Below are positions 36,066-37,230 of a stretch of 37,230 nt of DNA, in pieces. The stretch's first letter is position 1, and each line of letters starts with the position of its first letter. The position numbers and the translations under genes are program-made. The stretch is taken from contig NC_068989.1 of assembly GCF_001194135.2 (NCBI RefSeq), positions 23,798,629-23,835,858 of the forward strand, read 5' to 3'. Below the pieces are notes generated by a model, which was not told the origin of the DNA, made no database searches, and saw nothing but the letters and a program-made list of their open reading frames with translations. This DNA is from Octopus bimaculoides (Eukaryota).

Positions 36066-37085
36066 GGAAACACCTATGTTTGGTGTATCAAGAAGTACTG
36101 TCTCGAAAGTAATGAGAGCCTTTGAGAAAGAGAAAAAAACCTCCTCGTCGAAACAAAACTCCAGAAGAAAACTAAAACTTTCAGATAGGGACCGTCAGAC
36201 TCTTACGCGAATTATTAGAAAGGATCACAAAAGTGCAGCTCCTTAAATTACTGTAGAGCTTAATGATCACCTCAAGAACTCAGTTCTCACAAGAACTGTT
36301 CGCCGGGAGCTGCACAAAGCCGGATTTCATGGGAGGGTTGTAATCAGAAAACAAACGTTGCAAAGCGTGTAGAGTGGAGTAAAATCCTACAGAATTGATC
36401 CCTAGAGCAGTGGGAGAGTGTTATTTTCTCGGACGAGTCATCCTTTACCTTATTTCCAACCACTGGCCGAGTATACGTGTGGAGACAGCCAAAAGAAGCA
36501 TTTGAGCCAGACTGCCTTCTTCCAACATCATGGAGGATGTTTAACATCATGTTAAACAACATGGAGGAGGATCTGTGATGATCTGGGGGCCTATATCCTG
36601 GAAATCCGCCGTCCCAATGGTTTCCCTTCATGGCAGAATTAATAGTGAAGACTATTTAAGCATTTTAGCTGATCAAATTCATCCTATGGTTGTGGAACTG
36701 TTTCCGGATGAAATCGCAATTTTTCAGGATGATAATGCACCAATTCACACAACTAAAGTTGTTACTGAATGGCACGAGGAACATTCTAGTGAAGTTGAAC
36801 ATCTTATCTGGCCACCACAGTCCCCAGATCTCAATATTATTGAACATTTATAGTGCATTTTAGAAAGACAAATAAGGAGTCGATATCCTCCACCTTCATC
36901 ACTACAAGAACTGGAGACAGTTTTAGCTGAAGAATGGACAAAATTCCTTTAGAAACAGTTCAACCTTTGTACGAGTCCATACTTCGTAGAATTCAAGCTG
37001 TAATTACTGCCAAAGGTCGTCCTACCCAATGTTAAAATAAATTTGTTTGAAATTTTAAGGTGTTTCCATTATTTTGTCCAACACA
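36056..37085 (+). mobile_element. Tc1-like DNA transposon, DD36E spacing, decayed and 5'-deleted
   Basis: HTH region, IFSDES, GGSVMIWG and FQDDNAPIH-x-WPPQSPDLNIIE with 36 residues between D (36731) and E (36842); right TIR at about 37059-37085; stops and frameshifts. Confidence 0.9.
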
Positions 37086-37230
37086 AACGTAACTGCTGCG
37101 CCTCCTCTCTCCATCATCAATTTCATTACTTTTAATTCTCTATCCACATCTGAAAGATAACAAAACCTTTGATAAAAGTACATTGGTCACTCAGCTTGCA
37201 GCGATAAGCTTTAAACGTCTGCATGACGTC

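Overview
This is an AT-rich eukaryotic intergenic or intronic window with many microsatellites and N-gaps, and no convincing host protein-coding gene. The SINE types and repeat style suggest an octopus-like cephalopod; that assignment is inference from remembered repeat families, not a search. Most of it is a patchwork of decayed mobile elements: RTE, R4/Dong and Tx1/L1 LINE fragments, two Penelope-like RT remnants, tRNA-derived SINEs, mariner, a DD36E Tc1-like element, hAT and hATm remnants, and TTAA-flanked piggyBac-like non-autonomous elements. Nearly all listed ORFs are microsatellite, gap or antisense artefacts. The main signal the ORF track misses is a set of minimal type-I hammerhead ribozymes with palindromic (dimer-type) stem III. 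Well-formed ones are at 2402-2446 (-), 4010-4052 (+), 4286-4323 (-), 5226-5273 (+) and 14331-14377 (-); degenerate ones are at about 16533 and about 27816-27975. Two of them sit in related non-coding elements, one a 312-bp unit with terminal direct repeats. These two show compensatory changes in the catalytic core (C3-G8 vs U3-A8) and in stem I, which points to a retrozyme-like or Penelope-dependent small-RNA replicon family. All folds and alignments were done by eye, and many element boundaries are approximate.
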